A stretch of DNA of 64,000 bases from Octopus vulgaris (taxonomy: Eukaryota). Location: the NCBI GenBank assembly GCA_951406725.2, contig OX597821.1, forward strand, positions 97,030,001 through 97,094,000. Reading direction: 5' to 3'. Below the pieces are notes generated by a model. The model had not been told where the DNA came from, did no database searches, and worked only from the letters and a program-made list of their open reading frames with translations. Shown piece after piece: positions 13,337-24,984 of this stretch; the stretch's first letter is position 1, and each line of letters opens with the position of its first letter. Both the position numbers and the translations under genes were made by a program.

Positions 13337-13422
13337 GGAGGCCTACCACACGCCGATGATAGGCAATACACCTTGAAACCATGGTCCGTGTGTGGTTTCC
13401 GCTTCATCGGGGAATTACCTCC
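13337..13422 (-). ncRNA. Type-I hammerhead-like fold, unit 1, minus polarity
   Basis: Minus strand: GGAGG-taatt-CC, CCGATGA, agcg, GAAA, CCACAC..GTGTGG, T, A(cleave), GG-CCTCC; stem II reduced to a 4-nt linker. Confidence 0.6.
13345..13396 (+). ncRNA. Type-I hammerhead ribozyme, unit 1, plus polarity
   Basis: ACCACACG, CCGATGA, t-AGG-caataca-CCT-t, GAAA, C-catg-G, T, C(cleave), CGTG(tg)TGGT; palindromic ACCATGGT stem III; predicted GUC cleavage after 13386. Confidence 0.8.
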
Positions 13423-13703
13423 CTTTGCAGGTTTAGGGCACCGTGACGGTGTCGAGCCTTTCTGGTGACGTCGATGTTCGCCTGGGGCTAAATGCAACAG
13501 TAACACCCCCACCACCCTGCCCTGTCCCTAGCCATATTCAGATGGCTTTAGTCCCTTATGTTATCGAGCAGTTACTGTCTATATCCCTTTTAGAGAATTA
13601 TTATTGCTTTCGAACAGATTTTCGAAATCAGCAAATGTATTTTGCTTGAAAATCTATATAAGAAATCCTGCATAGTGAGAATTCGTCGAGGAAGCGGAGG
13701 CCT

Positions 13704-13755
13704 ACCACACGCCGATGATAGGCAATACACCTTGAAACCATGGTCCGTGTGTGGT
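13704..13755 (+). ncRNA. Type-I hammerhead ribozyme, unit 2 (minus-polarity partner 13696-13781)
   Basis: Identical to unit 1, offset +359. Confidence 0.8.
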
Positions 13756-14062
13756 TTCCGCTTCATCGGGGAATTACCTCCCTTTGCAGGTTTAGGGCAC
13801 CGTGACGGTGTCGAGCCTTTCTGGTGACGTCGATGTTCGCCTGGGGCTAAATGCAACAGTAACACCCCCACCACCCTGCCCTGTCCCTAGCCATATTCAG
13901 ATGGCTTTAGTCCCTTATGTTATCGAGCAGTTACTGTCTATATCCCTTTTAGAGAATTATTATTGCTTTCGAACAGATTTTCGAAATCAGCAAATGTATT
14001 TTGCTTGAAAATCTATATAAGAAATCCTGCATAGTGAGAATTCGTCGAGGAAGCGGAGGCCT

Positions 14063-14114
14063 ACCACACGCCGATGATAGGCAATACACCTTGAAACCAT
14101 GGTCCGTGTGTGGT
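14063..14114 (+). ncRNA. Type-I hammerhead ribozyme, unit 3 (minus-polarity partner 14055-14140)
   Basis: Identical to unit 1, offset +718. Confidence 0.8.
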
Positions 14115-14960
14115 TTCCGCTTCATCGGGGAATTACCTCCCTTTGCAGGTTTAGGGCACCGTGACGGTGTCGAGCCTTTCTGGTGACGTCGATGTTCGCC
14201 TGGGGCTAAATGCAACAGTAACACCCCCACCACCCTGCCCTGTCCCTAGCCATATTCAGATGGCTTTAGTCCCTTATGTTATATATATATATATATATAT
14301 ATAAATTATCAATTCGCAATTTAAAAACCAAAAGGTACAGGTACTATCGTCACAAAAGTGACTTAGGGTGCAAATCAGCACCAGCATTGCTAGAAATAAA
14401 AGTCAAAACAACTCTTTGCCACGGGATTACGTTTTCTGTAAATTTGAACTGTGTGTGTGTGTGTGTGTGCGTGCGTGTAGATGAGCAGCGGACATGAAGT
14501 TCTGCTATAATTGTGTTTGAAATATAGTTATGGTTTATTTTCCTCTTTTATTTACACGGAGGAGTAAGCCCGAGATTAAAATGATCAAACAATTTCGTGC
14601 AAAAGACTATAAATGAATCAGACCAGAGTATAAATACAGCTTAAAGCTAAAGATTTATTACATAGCGTTTACAAGTGTTAACGCTGTAATAATTTACGAA
14701 TTGCTTGCAGTTAAGTTCATCTTAATGATGTTTTAATTAAGAAACGCATGTGGAACAAGTGTATTTTACTGATATTTACTGAATGACGAGAGCTATTCAT
14801 TGGTATTTTACAGCTTAATGCAACTGTTTCGAAGACATATCAAAATGAAACGTAAGAAGTTAGCAAAACGGATATCTTGCGTCGAGCATTAGAAGAAAAA
14901 GTCATACATACACAGATGCACGGGCGCTCACTTATACACAGATGCACACATATAAACACA

Positions 14961-15001
<41 letters not shown>

Positions 15002-15040
15002 GGACGCTCATTCACAAGCTGCAAGATGTATTTGGAGACA

Positions 15041-15422
15041 TGGAAGCACTCCGTGGGTACGACGACGAGGGTTCCGGTTGATCTGAATCAACGGAACAGC
15101 CTGCTCGTGAAATTAACGTGTAAGTGGCTGAGCACTCCACAGACACGTGCACCCTTAACGTAGTTCTCAGGGATATTCAGCGTGACACAGAGAGTGACAA
15201 GGCCGGCCCTTTGAAATACAGGTACAACAGAAACAGGAAGTAAGAGTGAGAGAAAGTTGTGGTAAAAGAGTACAGCAGGGATCACCACCATCCCCTGCCG
15301 GAGCCTCGTGGAGCTTTAGGTGTTTTCGCTCAATAAACACTCACAACGCCCGGTCTGGGAATCGAAACCGCGATCCTATGACCGCGAGTCCGCTGCCCTA
15401 ACCACTGGGCCATTGCGCCTCC
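15041..15422 (-). mobile_element. SINE family A
   Basis: Full-length reverse copy. Confidence 0.9.
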
Positions 15423-15728
15423 GGTTGACATACCTGTATTACATGAGCCTTGATCATTTTGGATGTCCTCAACGGCGACCATCGATGAAGCTACAACGGC
15501 GAGCTGGCAGAAACGTTAGCACGCCGAGCGAAATGCTTTGCAGTATTTGTCCCCTCTATGTTTAGCCCCTCGTGGGTAATAAAGAAACAAATATTGTGAG
15601 CATGTCGTTTAGTCCCCGTTTCAACAACGCTCGAAGCAGAGTAGTCTATGGGATTTAAATCTGGTGACTTTAGAAGCCATGAGCTGGGTGCGACATGAGC
15701 GTCATAATTATCTAATATCTATTTTTAG

Positions 15729-15764
<36 letters not shown>

Positions 15765-15934
15765 AGTATGTGTTTTTGTGTTTGGCACCCCTCTTTACCG
15801 CTTGATGACCGTAGTTAGTGTGTTTATGTCGCCGTAACTTAACGGTTCGGCTAAGAGATCGATAGAATAAGTACCAGGCTCTAAAAAAAATGTACTGGGA
15901 TCGAAACATTCGACTATAAATTCTCCAAGGTAGT

Positions 15935-16270
15935 GCGCTACTCGGAACATTGTGTACGACGACCAATTGCCTCGTCGCCGAAAGCTTGCCGAAACATGTT
16001 CAATGTTTCTGCAGCAGACTTCCCAGCTTAACGCAAAATTTCACGTTGGCTCCTTGTTCCTGTTCATGACAAAATCGCAGAAAACAGCCTATAGCATACA
16101 CGTGATCATAAAAACACAAAATTTCATAAGTGGCGAAGTAAACACGGCGATCTCACTTGGCACACTGCCTCATGAAGCTCACTGCTAGTTCTCACCGGGC
16201 ACACAACCGTGTGCTGCCATCTGTTGGCGCTTACAGAACTAATCCGGAAATATTTTGATACCACCTCGTA
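15935..16270 (-). mobile_element. Mariner-family transposon 5' fragment (TIR plus decayed transposase N-terminus)
   Basis: Minus strand begins TA|CGAGGTGGTATCAAAA; translation EQGANVKFCVKLG/SAAETLNMFRQAFGDEAI resembles the mariner N-terminal HTH. Confidence 0.75.
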
Positions 16271-16297
16271 TATATATATATACACACACACACACAC

Positions 16298-16328
<31 letters not shown>

Positions 16329-16371
16329 TGTATGTATGTATGTATGTATATATATATATATGATACATATA

Positions 16372-16405
<34 letters not shown>

Positions 16406-16551
16406 CATATACATATATGTATATATACATATACATACATACATACATATATATATATTTATATATATACATATATATATATGTATATATATATATGCAT
16501 ATATACATACATTTATATATATATGTATATATATATGTATGTATATGTATG

Positions 16552-16608
<57 letters not shown>

Positions 16609-16636
16609 ATGTATATATACAGAGAGAGAGAGATAA

Positions 16637-16691
<55 letters not shown>

Positions 16692-16709
16692 TATACATAC
16701 ATACATACA

Positions 16710-16741
<32 letters not shown>

Positions 16742-16764
16742 CTCACGGACTTACATATTTAGGG

Positions 16765-16796
<32 letters not shown>

Positions 16797-17138
16797 TCAT
16801 GTGAGTCTAAGTGCATTTGTATGCACGTGTGTGTTGCGTGTATGTGGGAGTATAGAAATATAAGGTAAACTTTTGAATGTGTGTTTTAATTAACACGTTC
16901 AACCTCCCTGCGTGGAAGTAGACGCTGTGGTTAAACCTTAGTTTTTTCGTTCACTGGACAGATAAAAAGAAATCGATTTCATTAGTTTCTGTGTTAATTA
17001 AAAACACACTCGTAATCTTAACTCACATTGCTTCTGATTATTGTGTATTGAGTCTATGTATGTGTGTGTGTGTACATACATACATGTATGTATGTATGCA
17101 TATACGTATGTATGCATTATAGATGCATTTGTGTATAC

Positions 17139-17558
17139 TCTTACTCTTTATTCTTTTATTTTGTTTCAGTCATTTGACTGCGGCCATGCTGGAGCACCAC
17201 CTTTAGCCGAGCAAATCGACCCCGGGACTTATTCTTTGTAAGCCTAGTACTTATTCTATCGGTTTCTTTTGCCGAACCGCTAGGTGACGGGGACGTAAAC
17301 ACACCACCATCAGTTGTCAAGCGATGTTGGGGGTGGGGATAAACACAGACACACAAACTCACATACACATATACATATATATATATACATATATATGACG
17401 GGCTTCTTTCAGTTTCCGTCTACCAAATCCACTCACAAGGCTTTGGTCGGTCCGAGGCTATAGTAGAAGACACTTGCCCAAGGTGCCACGCAGTGGGACT
17501 GAACCCGGAACCATGTGGTTGGTTAGCAAGCTACTTACCACACAGCCACTCCTGCGCC
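17139..17558 (-). mobile_element. SINE family B
   Basis: Full-length reverse copy. Confidence 0.9.
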
Positions 17559-17701
17559 TATCTGTATGTATGTATGTATGTATACATGTGTGTATATGTG
17601 AAAGCATGTGAGTATATGTGAATGCGTGTGTGGAAAACTATTTGAGTTACATTACTTATATTCATGAAGTCTTACCATCACTCTCCTATCCATTCTTTAG
17701 T

Positions 17702-17739
<38 letters not shown>

Positions 17740-17879
17740 CCTCTCTTTTCTCTCTCCCCTCTCTTTCTCACGCACCTTTTTGAATGCTTTTAAGCCTTTT
17801 CTCCCTCTTTCCTGCATTGAATCCCGAATCTCTGTTTGCATTTCACATGTTCCTCTCTCTCTCTCACTTCTCACTCAAC

Positions 17880-18260
17880 AGGGAACTTTTAAATGCAACA
17901 CCTACCCCTACATTAGCATCACCATAATCATCACTGGGACTCAGACCCAATATCATAGTGCTTAGAAATTCTGTTTCATATCGTCCCAATCTCATGTACT
18001 GCACCACAGGCAAACGTAGCGGGACTTTTTTTTACATTGGGGAAACTGGCCTACGCTTTGCTTATCGCTTTCGGGAGCATATTCGAAGCATGCCACTACA
18101 TAGTATGCCAACCTGTCGCCACCCTCTTCAACACTACAGGCCACATTATCATTCACTTATCAGCATGCTACATCGCTCTACATCATGGATTCACTTTCTC
18201 AAGGAAAAGGATAGAAGTGTTTCATATACGATAAGAGTACCATATCACCGACAAGTTTAA
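17880..18260 (+). pseudogene. Decayed Penelope-like GIY-YIG endonuclease domain
   Basis: NLMYCTT..YIGETGLRFAYRFREHIRS, then QPVATLFNTTGH in a shifted frame; matches the PLE GIY-YIG pattern. Confidence 0.8.
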
Positions 18261-18442
18261 ATAAACATTTTATCTTTCTATTCCTACATCTCACCATAGT
18301 TCATTAATCCCTCTCTTATCCGTTACCTCCCCTCTTATCTCATCTTTTCTCTTCGTTTCACTCTCGACTTTTCCTCATTCCATTCCTCTTTCCTTCTACC
18401 TTCTCATATTGTTTCACCTACCACCTATTGTTCACCTTTGTA

Positions 18443-18826
18443 GGAGGCGCAATGGCCCAGTGGTTAGGGCAGCGGACTCGCGGTCATAGGATCGCGGTTT
18501 CGATTCCCAGACCGGGCGTTGTGAGTGTTTATTGAGCGAAAACACCTAAAAGCTCCACGAGGCTCCGGCAGGGGATGGTGGTGATCCCTGCTGTACTCTT
18601 TCACCACAACTTTCACTCACTCTTACTTCCTGTTTCTGTTGTACCTGTATTTCAAAGGGCCGGCCTTGTCACTCTCTGTGTCACGCTAAATATCCCCGAG
18701 AACTACGATAAGGGTACACGTTTCTGTAGAGTGCTCAGCCACTTACACGTTAATTTCACGAGCAGGCTGTTCCGTTGATTCGGATCAACCGGAACTCTCA
18801 TCGTCGTAACCGACGGAGTGCTTCCA
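18443..18826 (+). mobile_element. SINE family A inserted in the PLE 3' region
   Basis: Full length; attgttcacct repeated at 18427-18437 and 18836-18846. Confidence 0.9.
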
Positions 18827-19488
18827 TCACCATCCATTGTTCACCTATCATTTGCAGCCAGTTTTTTTTTATTTCATTATTTTTATTTTACCATTTCGAG
18901 GATGTAAAACTCTTCTAAGTTCCTCTCCTTATAACTTTTCTTTAAAAAAGACTCTGCCTGAGACGTCAGATTTTCCAACTCCAACAAGTACATTTATTTT
19001 GATCGATTATATATATTAAAGTGTATATTAAAAGCAGCACAGGAATGTGAACATTATCGGTGGCACATAGAGTACGTATTTTATTTAAACGCCTATTTAC
19101 TATAGCGTCCAGAGAAAGCTCCCTACACGACGCTGAGTGTTAAAGAAGTCCGAATGTCTTAGACAAAGCGATACACCTTGCTCCGAAATGATCTGGGACA
19201 TTCGGTATTCTTTAACACTGGGCATCACCGGCATTCATTCATTTTACGCCGTCCACACCATTGTGCATATTCTTTTATTCTTTATTTGGTTCGGTCACTT
19301 GACTGTGGCCATGCTGGAGCACTGTCTTTTAGTCGAACAAATCGACCCCATGACATATTCTTTGTAAGCATATTACTTATTCTATTGGTGTCTTTTGTCG
19401 AACCGCTAAGTTACGGGGACATAAACACACCAACATCGGTTGTCAAGCGAAGGTGGAGGTGGGGGACAAACACAGACACACAAACATA

Positions 19489-19553
<65 letters not shown>

Positions 19554-19635
19554 GTTCGTTTGTTTTCCACCTGCCTTCGTCTTTTGTTTATTTTCATAAA
19601 GCTTCCCGTTATATATATATGTATATATATATATG

Positions 19636-20083
19636 TAGGTCCCGGGTTGATTCGGGGTTAACCACAGTAAGTAAGGTACTCAATACATAGCAGAGTAAAA
19701 TTAATTTATTATATAGAAGGAGCTTCTACAGGACTAGTACTGTTTCATTCAAGAGAAATCTTCAGGAAGCTATTTAACAAGAATTGTATTAGCATTTATA
19801 CATTTAGGCAGGTTTAAAGGAGTGGTGGTGGGGGACTTTTGGGGGTAGGCATAGCGCAAAATATCATACTTGGGGGAGTGGTCAAGGAGTCAGTGGTAAG
19901 TTAGATGAAAGAATAGATAAATAAAAAAATAAAAAAATAAAAAATATATATAAAAAATATATATATAAAAATATATATATAAAAAAAGGGGGGATAGAGT
20001 TATAGGTAAATAAGGAGATTCTCACTTATACCTATACACACATGTATACGTATCTACACACACATACATACACATATATATAT

Positions 20084-20132
<49 letters not shown>

Positions 20133-20585
20133 CACACATACATACCTATCTACATACACACATACATACACCCGCCCACATATACAAATTTATACACATG
20201 CACAAGCCTATACCTGTCTACACATACACACACGTATATATGCATACACTCACTCCCATGCATGCACGCATACACACATGTATATATATATATATACCCA
20301 CGACCACACATACATATATACACAGAAAAATATATATTCATACGCACATACACTCATATGTATGAGTGTATGTGCGTATGAATATATATTTTTCTGTGTA
20401 TATATGTATGTGTGGTCGTGGGTATATATATATATATACATGTGTGTATGCGTGCATGCATGGGAGTGAGTGTATGCATATATACGTGTGTGTATGTGTA
20501 GACAGGTATAGGCTTGTGCATGTGTATAAATTTGTATATGTGGGCGGTGTATGTATGTGTGTATGTAGATAGGTATGTATGTGTG

Positions 20586-20630
<45 letters not shown>

Positions 20631-21044
20631 ATATATATATGTGTATGTATGTGTGTGTAGATACGTATACATGTGTGTATAGGTATAAGTGAGAATCTCC
20701 TTATTTACCTATAACTCTATCCCCCCTTTTTTTATATATATATTTTTATATATATATTTTTTATATATATTTTTTATTTTTTTATTTTTTTATACACTCA
20801 TATGTATGAGTGTATGTGCGTATGAATATATATTTTTCTGTGTATATATGTATGTGTGGTCGTGGGTATATATATATATATACATGTGTGTATGCGTGCA
20901 TGCATGGGAGTGAGTGTATGCATATATACGTGTGTGTATGTGTAGACAGGTATAGGCTTGTGCATGTGTATAAATTTGTATATGTGGGCGGGTGTATGTA
21001 TGTGTGTATGTAGATAGGTATGTATGTGTGTATATATGTATATG

Positions 21045-21097
<53 letters not shown>

Positions 21098-21438
21098 GTG
21101 TATGTATGTGTGTGTAGATACGTATACATGTGTGTATAGGTATAAGTGAGAATCTCCTTATTTACCTATAACTCTATCCCCCTTTTTTTTATATATATAT
21201 TTTTATATATATATTTTTTATATATATTTTTTATTTTTTTATTTTTTTATTTATCTATTCTTTCATCTAACTTACCACTGACTCCTTGACCACTCCCCCA
21301 AGTATGATATTTTGCGCTATGCCTACCCCCAAAAGTCCCCCACCACCACTCCTTTAAACCTGCCTAAATGTATAAATGCTAATACAATTCTTGTTAAATA
21401 GCTTCCTGAAGATTTCTCTTGAATGAAACAGTACTAGT
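19636..21438. mobile_element. PLE-like terminal-repeat element with inverted plus tandem architecture
   Basis: Palindrome centred at 20359-20360; inverted partial arm 20361-20790; second inverted arm 20805-21438. Confidence 0.8.
19721..19771 (-). ncRNA. Type-I hammerhead ribozyme with canonical core
   Basis: Minus strand: AGCTTC, CTGAAGA, t-TTC-tctt-GAA-t, GAAA, CAG-tactagtc-CTG, T, A(cleave), GAAGCT, then AATAAA; truncated copy at 21400-21438. Confidence 0.85.
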
Positions 21439-21845
21439 TATGTATATATATATATATATATACGACAGGCTTCTTTCAGCTTCCGTCAACCAAATCCACT
21501 CACAAGGCTTTGGTCGACCCGAGACTACAATAGAAGACACTTTCCCAAGGTGCCACACAGTGGGACTGAACCCGGAATCATATGGTTGGTAAGCAAGCTA
21601 CATACCATACAGCCATTCCTGCGCCTATGTATATTTATATGTTCGTTCTTTGCTATATTTTTCGAATTTCTCACCAAAGGAGAAAGAGCAGATTTCTAAC
21701 CTAGGAACGAAACTCTTTCATTGGAATTTAGACATCAAACAGGGTATGTATGTATGTATTTATGGTGGTGCTCCAGCATGACCACAGCTGCTTGACTGAA
21801 ACGTACAAAAGAGTATGTGTGTATGCATGTATGTATGCATGTACG

Positions 21846-22206
21846 TATGTATGTATGTATGTATGTATGTATGTATGTATGTTTGTATGTATGTATGTAT
21901 GTATGTATGTATGTATGTATGTTTGTATGTATGTATGTATGTATGTTTGTATGTATGTATGTATGTATGTTTGTATGTATGTATGTATGTTTGTATGTAT
22001 GTATGTATGTATGTATGCATGTATGTATGTATGTATGTATGTACGTATGTATGTATGTATGTATGTTTGTATGTATGTATGTATGTATGTATGTTTGTAT
22101 GTATGTATGTATGTATGTATGTATGTATGTATGTATGTATGTATGTATGTATGTATGTATGTATGTATGTATGTATGTATGTATGTATGTATGTATGCAT
22201 GTATGT
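21846..22206. repeat. (TATG)n microsatellite
   Basis: Direct. Confidence 0.95.
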
Positions 22207-22883
22207 TCTCTCTTAACTGTTTGAATCTTTCCTTACAGGAAAGAATTGATTTTTAACAAAGATACAAAGCTTGAAAAATGTCTTGTATACTTTTACTGTT
22301 CCACTTACAAACTGAATTTGTAATATATGTGCTTTCTGATTGATTTCCTTTCCTGAAAATTTTACTTTTCCCAGATTGTTACTTAAGCATTTGCTAATAA
22401 ATTTATTTCTTTTGTTATAAGTAAGAGAAACACCACTAACCAGCTTAGCGTTATTCAGACTCAGTACGCTTTACACCCTTTGAGATTTCGCATACACGAC
22501 CATGGAGGATATTGATAACAAACACCAACACTGCAGAACTATGAAACCTGGAAGTCATTTAAGCTGATGTATGTACTCTTCTCACTTCAGTTGGTCATTA
22601 CATTTAAATCAAGATATACTTTGGTGCAATGAAAAAAAAAAAACCCCAAGCGGATATATGTGTGTGTGTGCGTGCGCATGTGTGTGCCATTTAAGCGATG
22701 TCATTTTTCCTATGTGATGTAGTGGTGTTACATATTTGACTTGTGCATATTAATTTCGATTATGTCCTTTATACTATCAAAATTTCATTGCATTTATTTG
22801 TAAAATTAAGGAAGTTATTAAAAACTGAAATCCACCAGTGACTTTTGGGACACCGTGTGCGTATATATATATTTATATATATG

Positions 22884-23231
22884 GGCGCAGGAGTGGCTGT
22901 GTGGTAAGTAGCTTGCTTACCAGCCACATGGTTCCGGGTTCAGTCTCACTGCGTGGCCCCTTCAGCAAGTGTCTTCTACTATAGCCTCGAGCCGACCAAA
23001 GCTTTGTGAGTGGATTTGGTAGACGAAAACTGAAAGAAGCCCGTTGTATATATGTATATATATATATGTATGTGTGTGTATATGTTTGTGTGTCTGTGTT
23101 TGTCCTCCCCGTAACTTAGCGGTTCGGCAAAAGAGACCGATAAAATAAGTATTAGGCTTACAAAGAATAAGTCCTGGGGTTGATTTGCTCGACTAAATGA
23201 CTGAAACAGGTAAAAGAGTGAAAGAGTAAAA
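22884..23231 (+). mobile_element. SINE family B with internal deletions
   Basis: Similarity to other B copies. Confidence 0.85.
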
Positions 23232-23278
23232 GATATATATATGTGTGCGCGTGTGTGTGTACATGCATACATACATTC

Positions 23279-23343
<65 letters not shown>

Positions 23344-24124
23344 TGTGTGTGTATACGACAGACTTCCACACATTTCCATCTTCCAAATCCATTCACAAGG
23401 CTATAGTCGGGTTGAAGCTATAGTAGAAGACACTCACCGAAAGTGTCACGCAGTGGGACGGAACCCAAGACCACATGGTTGGGAAGCAAGCTTCTTCACC
23501 ACACAGCCATCCTTGGATAGCTGTGAGGTAATTATCAGTGACTGGAAAATACAAAGATGATTTCATGAATTAGCGTTTAATTTCAGAAGATGTTTAATAT
23601 TCCTACATTGGGAATATTAAAATCTGATCCTTGTTAGCTGGTAACGTGAGTGCTACGAACATGTTTCAATCTTATTAGACTTCATTAGTGAAGCATATTT
23701 TATGTTTATGCCTGTGTGTGTGTATATAGATGCATGTATGTATGTGAGTGTGTTTTGTGTGCGTCTGAGCGTGTGTGTGAGTGAAGTTTCAGCTTCGCAT
23801 GAAGGTACACACACCTACGCATACATATTTCTTGGGGAGTCACAGGCGTGGATGTGTTCTTGAAATGGTTGGTTCCGGGTTCAGTCCCACTGTGTGGCAA
23901 CTTGGGCAAGTGTCTTTTACTATAGCCTCGGGCTGACCAAAGACTTGTGAGTGGATTTGGTATGCGGAAACTGTGTGGAAACCCGTCGTAGACGCTTCCA
24001 AAACATTAGAAAAAAAGAAAAGCCGTTAGAAAACCGATTATAGCAGCGACTCCATCTGAGAATATTTGTAGAAGGAATATTATTCCGAAATATCATATCA
24101 GACTATGGATGACTAAATTACAAC

Positions 24125-24860
24125 ACCTTGGGCAAGTGTCTTCTACTATAGCCTCGGGCCGACCAAAGCCTTGTGAGTGGATTTGGTAGACGGAAACTGA
24201 AAGAAGCCCGTCGTATATATGTATATATATATATATGCATGTGTGTGTTTGTGTGTCTGTGTTTGTCCCCCTAGCATTGCTTGACAACCGATGCGGGTGT
24301 GTTTATGTCCCTGTTACTTAGCGGTTTGGCAAAAAGAGACCGATAGAATAAATGATGGATGGAAGCACTCCGTCGGTTACGACGATGAGGGTTCCGGTTG
24401 ATCCGAATCAACGGAACAGCCTGCTCGTGAAATTAACGTGTGAGTGGCTGAGCACTCCACAGACACGTGCACCCTTAACGTAGTTCTCGGGGATATTCAG
24501 CGTAACACAGAGAGTGACAAGGCCGGCCCCTTGAAATACAGGTATAACAGAAACAGGAAGTAAGAGTGAGAGAAAGTTGTGGTGAAAGAGTACAGCAGGG
24601 ATCACCACCATCCCCTGCCGGAGCCTAGTGGAGCTTTTAGGTGTTTTCGCTCAATAAACACTCACAACGCCCGGTCGGGGAATCGAAACCGCGATCCTAT
24701 GACCGCGAGTCCGCTGCCCTAACCACTGGGCCATTGCGCCTCCACTATAGAATAAGTACTGGGCTTACAAAAGAATAAGTCCCGGAGTCGAGTTGCTCGA
24801 TTAAAAGCGGTGCTCCAGCATGGCCGCAGTCAAATGACTGAAACAAGTAACAGAGTAAAG
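24125..24860 (+). mobile_element. SINE family B (5'-truncated) hosting a nested SINE A
   Basis: B sequence resumes after 24747. Confidence 0.85.
24360..24743 (-). mobile_element. SINE family A nested in SINE B
   Basis: TSD atagaataa at 24343-24351 and 24747-24755. Confidence 0.9.
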
Positions 24861-24943
24861 GTAAATAGCCCATCGTCTATATTATAGTGCATTGTTGTAC
24901 CATTCAAAACTTTTTATTCTATACATACATGTGCGTGTGTGTG

Positions 24944-24984
<41 letters not shown>

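Larger units (their letters stand above)
13085..14282 (+). mobile_element. 359-bp tandem array (about 3.3 units), hammerhead-bearing retrozyme-like element
   Basis: Units start at 13085, 13444, 13803, 14162. I see one difference between units (A13121 vs G). Flanked by (TA)n; each full unit carries hammerhead folds. Confidence 0.9.
19270..21627 (-). mobile_element. SINE family B split by an insertion of about 1.9 kb in its internal (TA)n
   Basis: 3' part at 19270-19500, 5' part at 21460-21627. Confidence 0.85.

Noticed and set aside
13085-14282. CRISPR array or protein-coding repeat (61-94 aa ORFs per unit)
   Set aside because: Units are wholly identical with no variable spacers; 359 is not a multiple of 3 and the peptides match nothing I recognise.
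21431-21438. Element end coinciding with a GUC cleavage site
   Set aside because: The better fold places cleavage at a GUA 6 nt further on, so the end lies in loop III.
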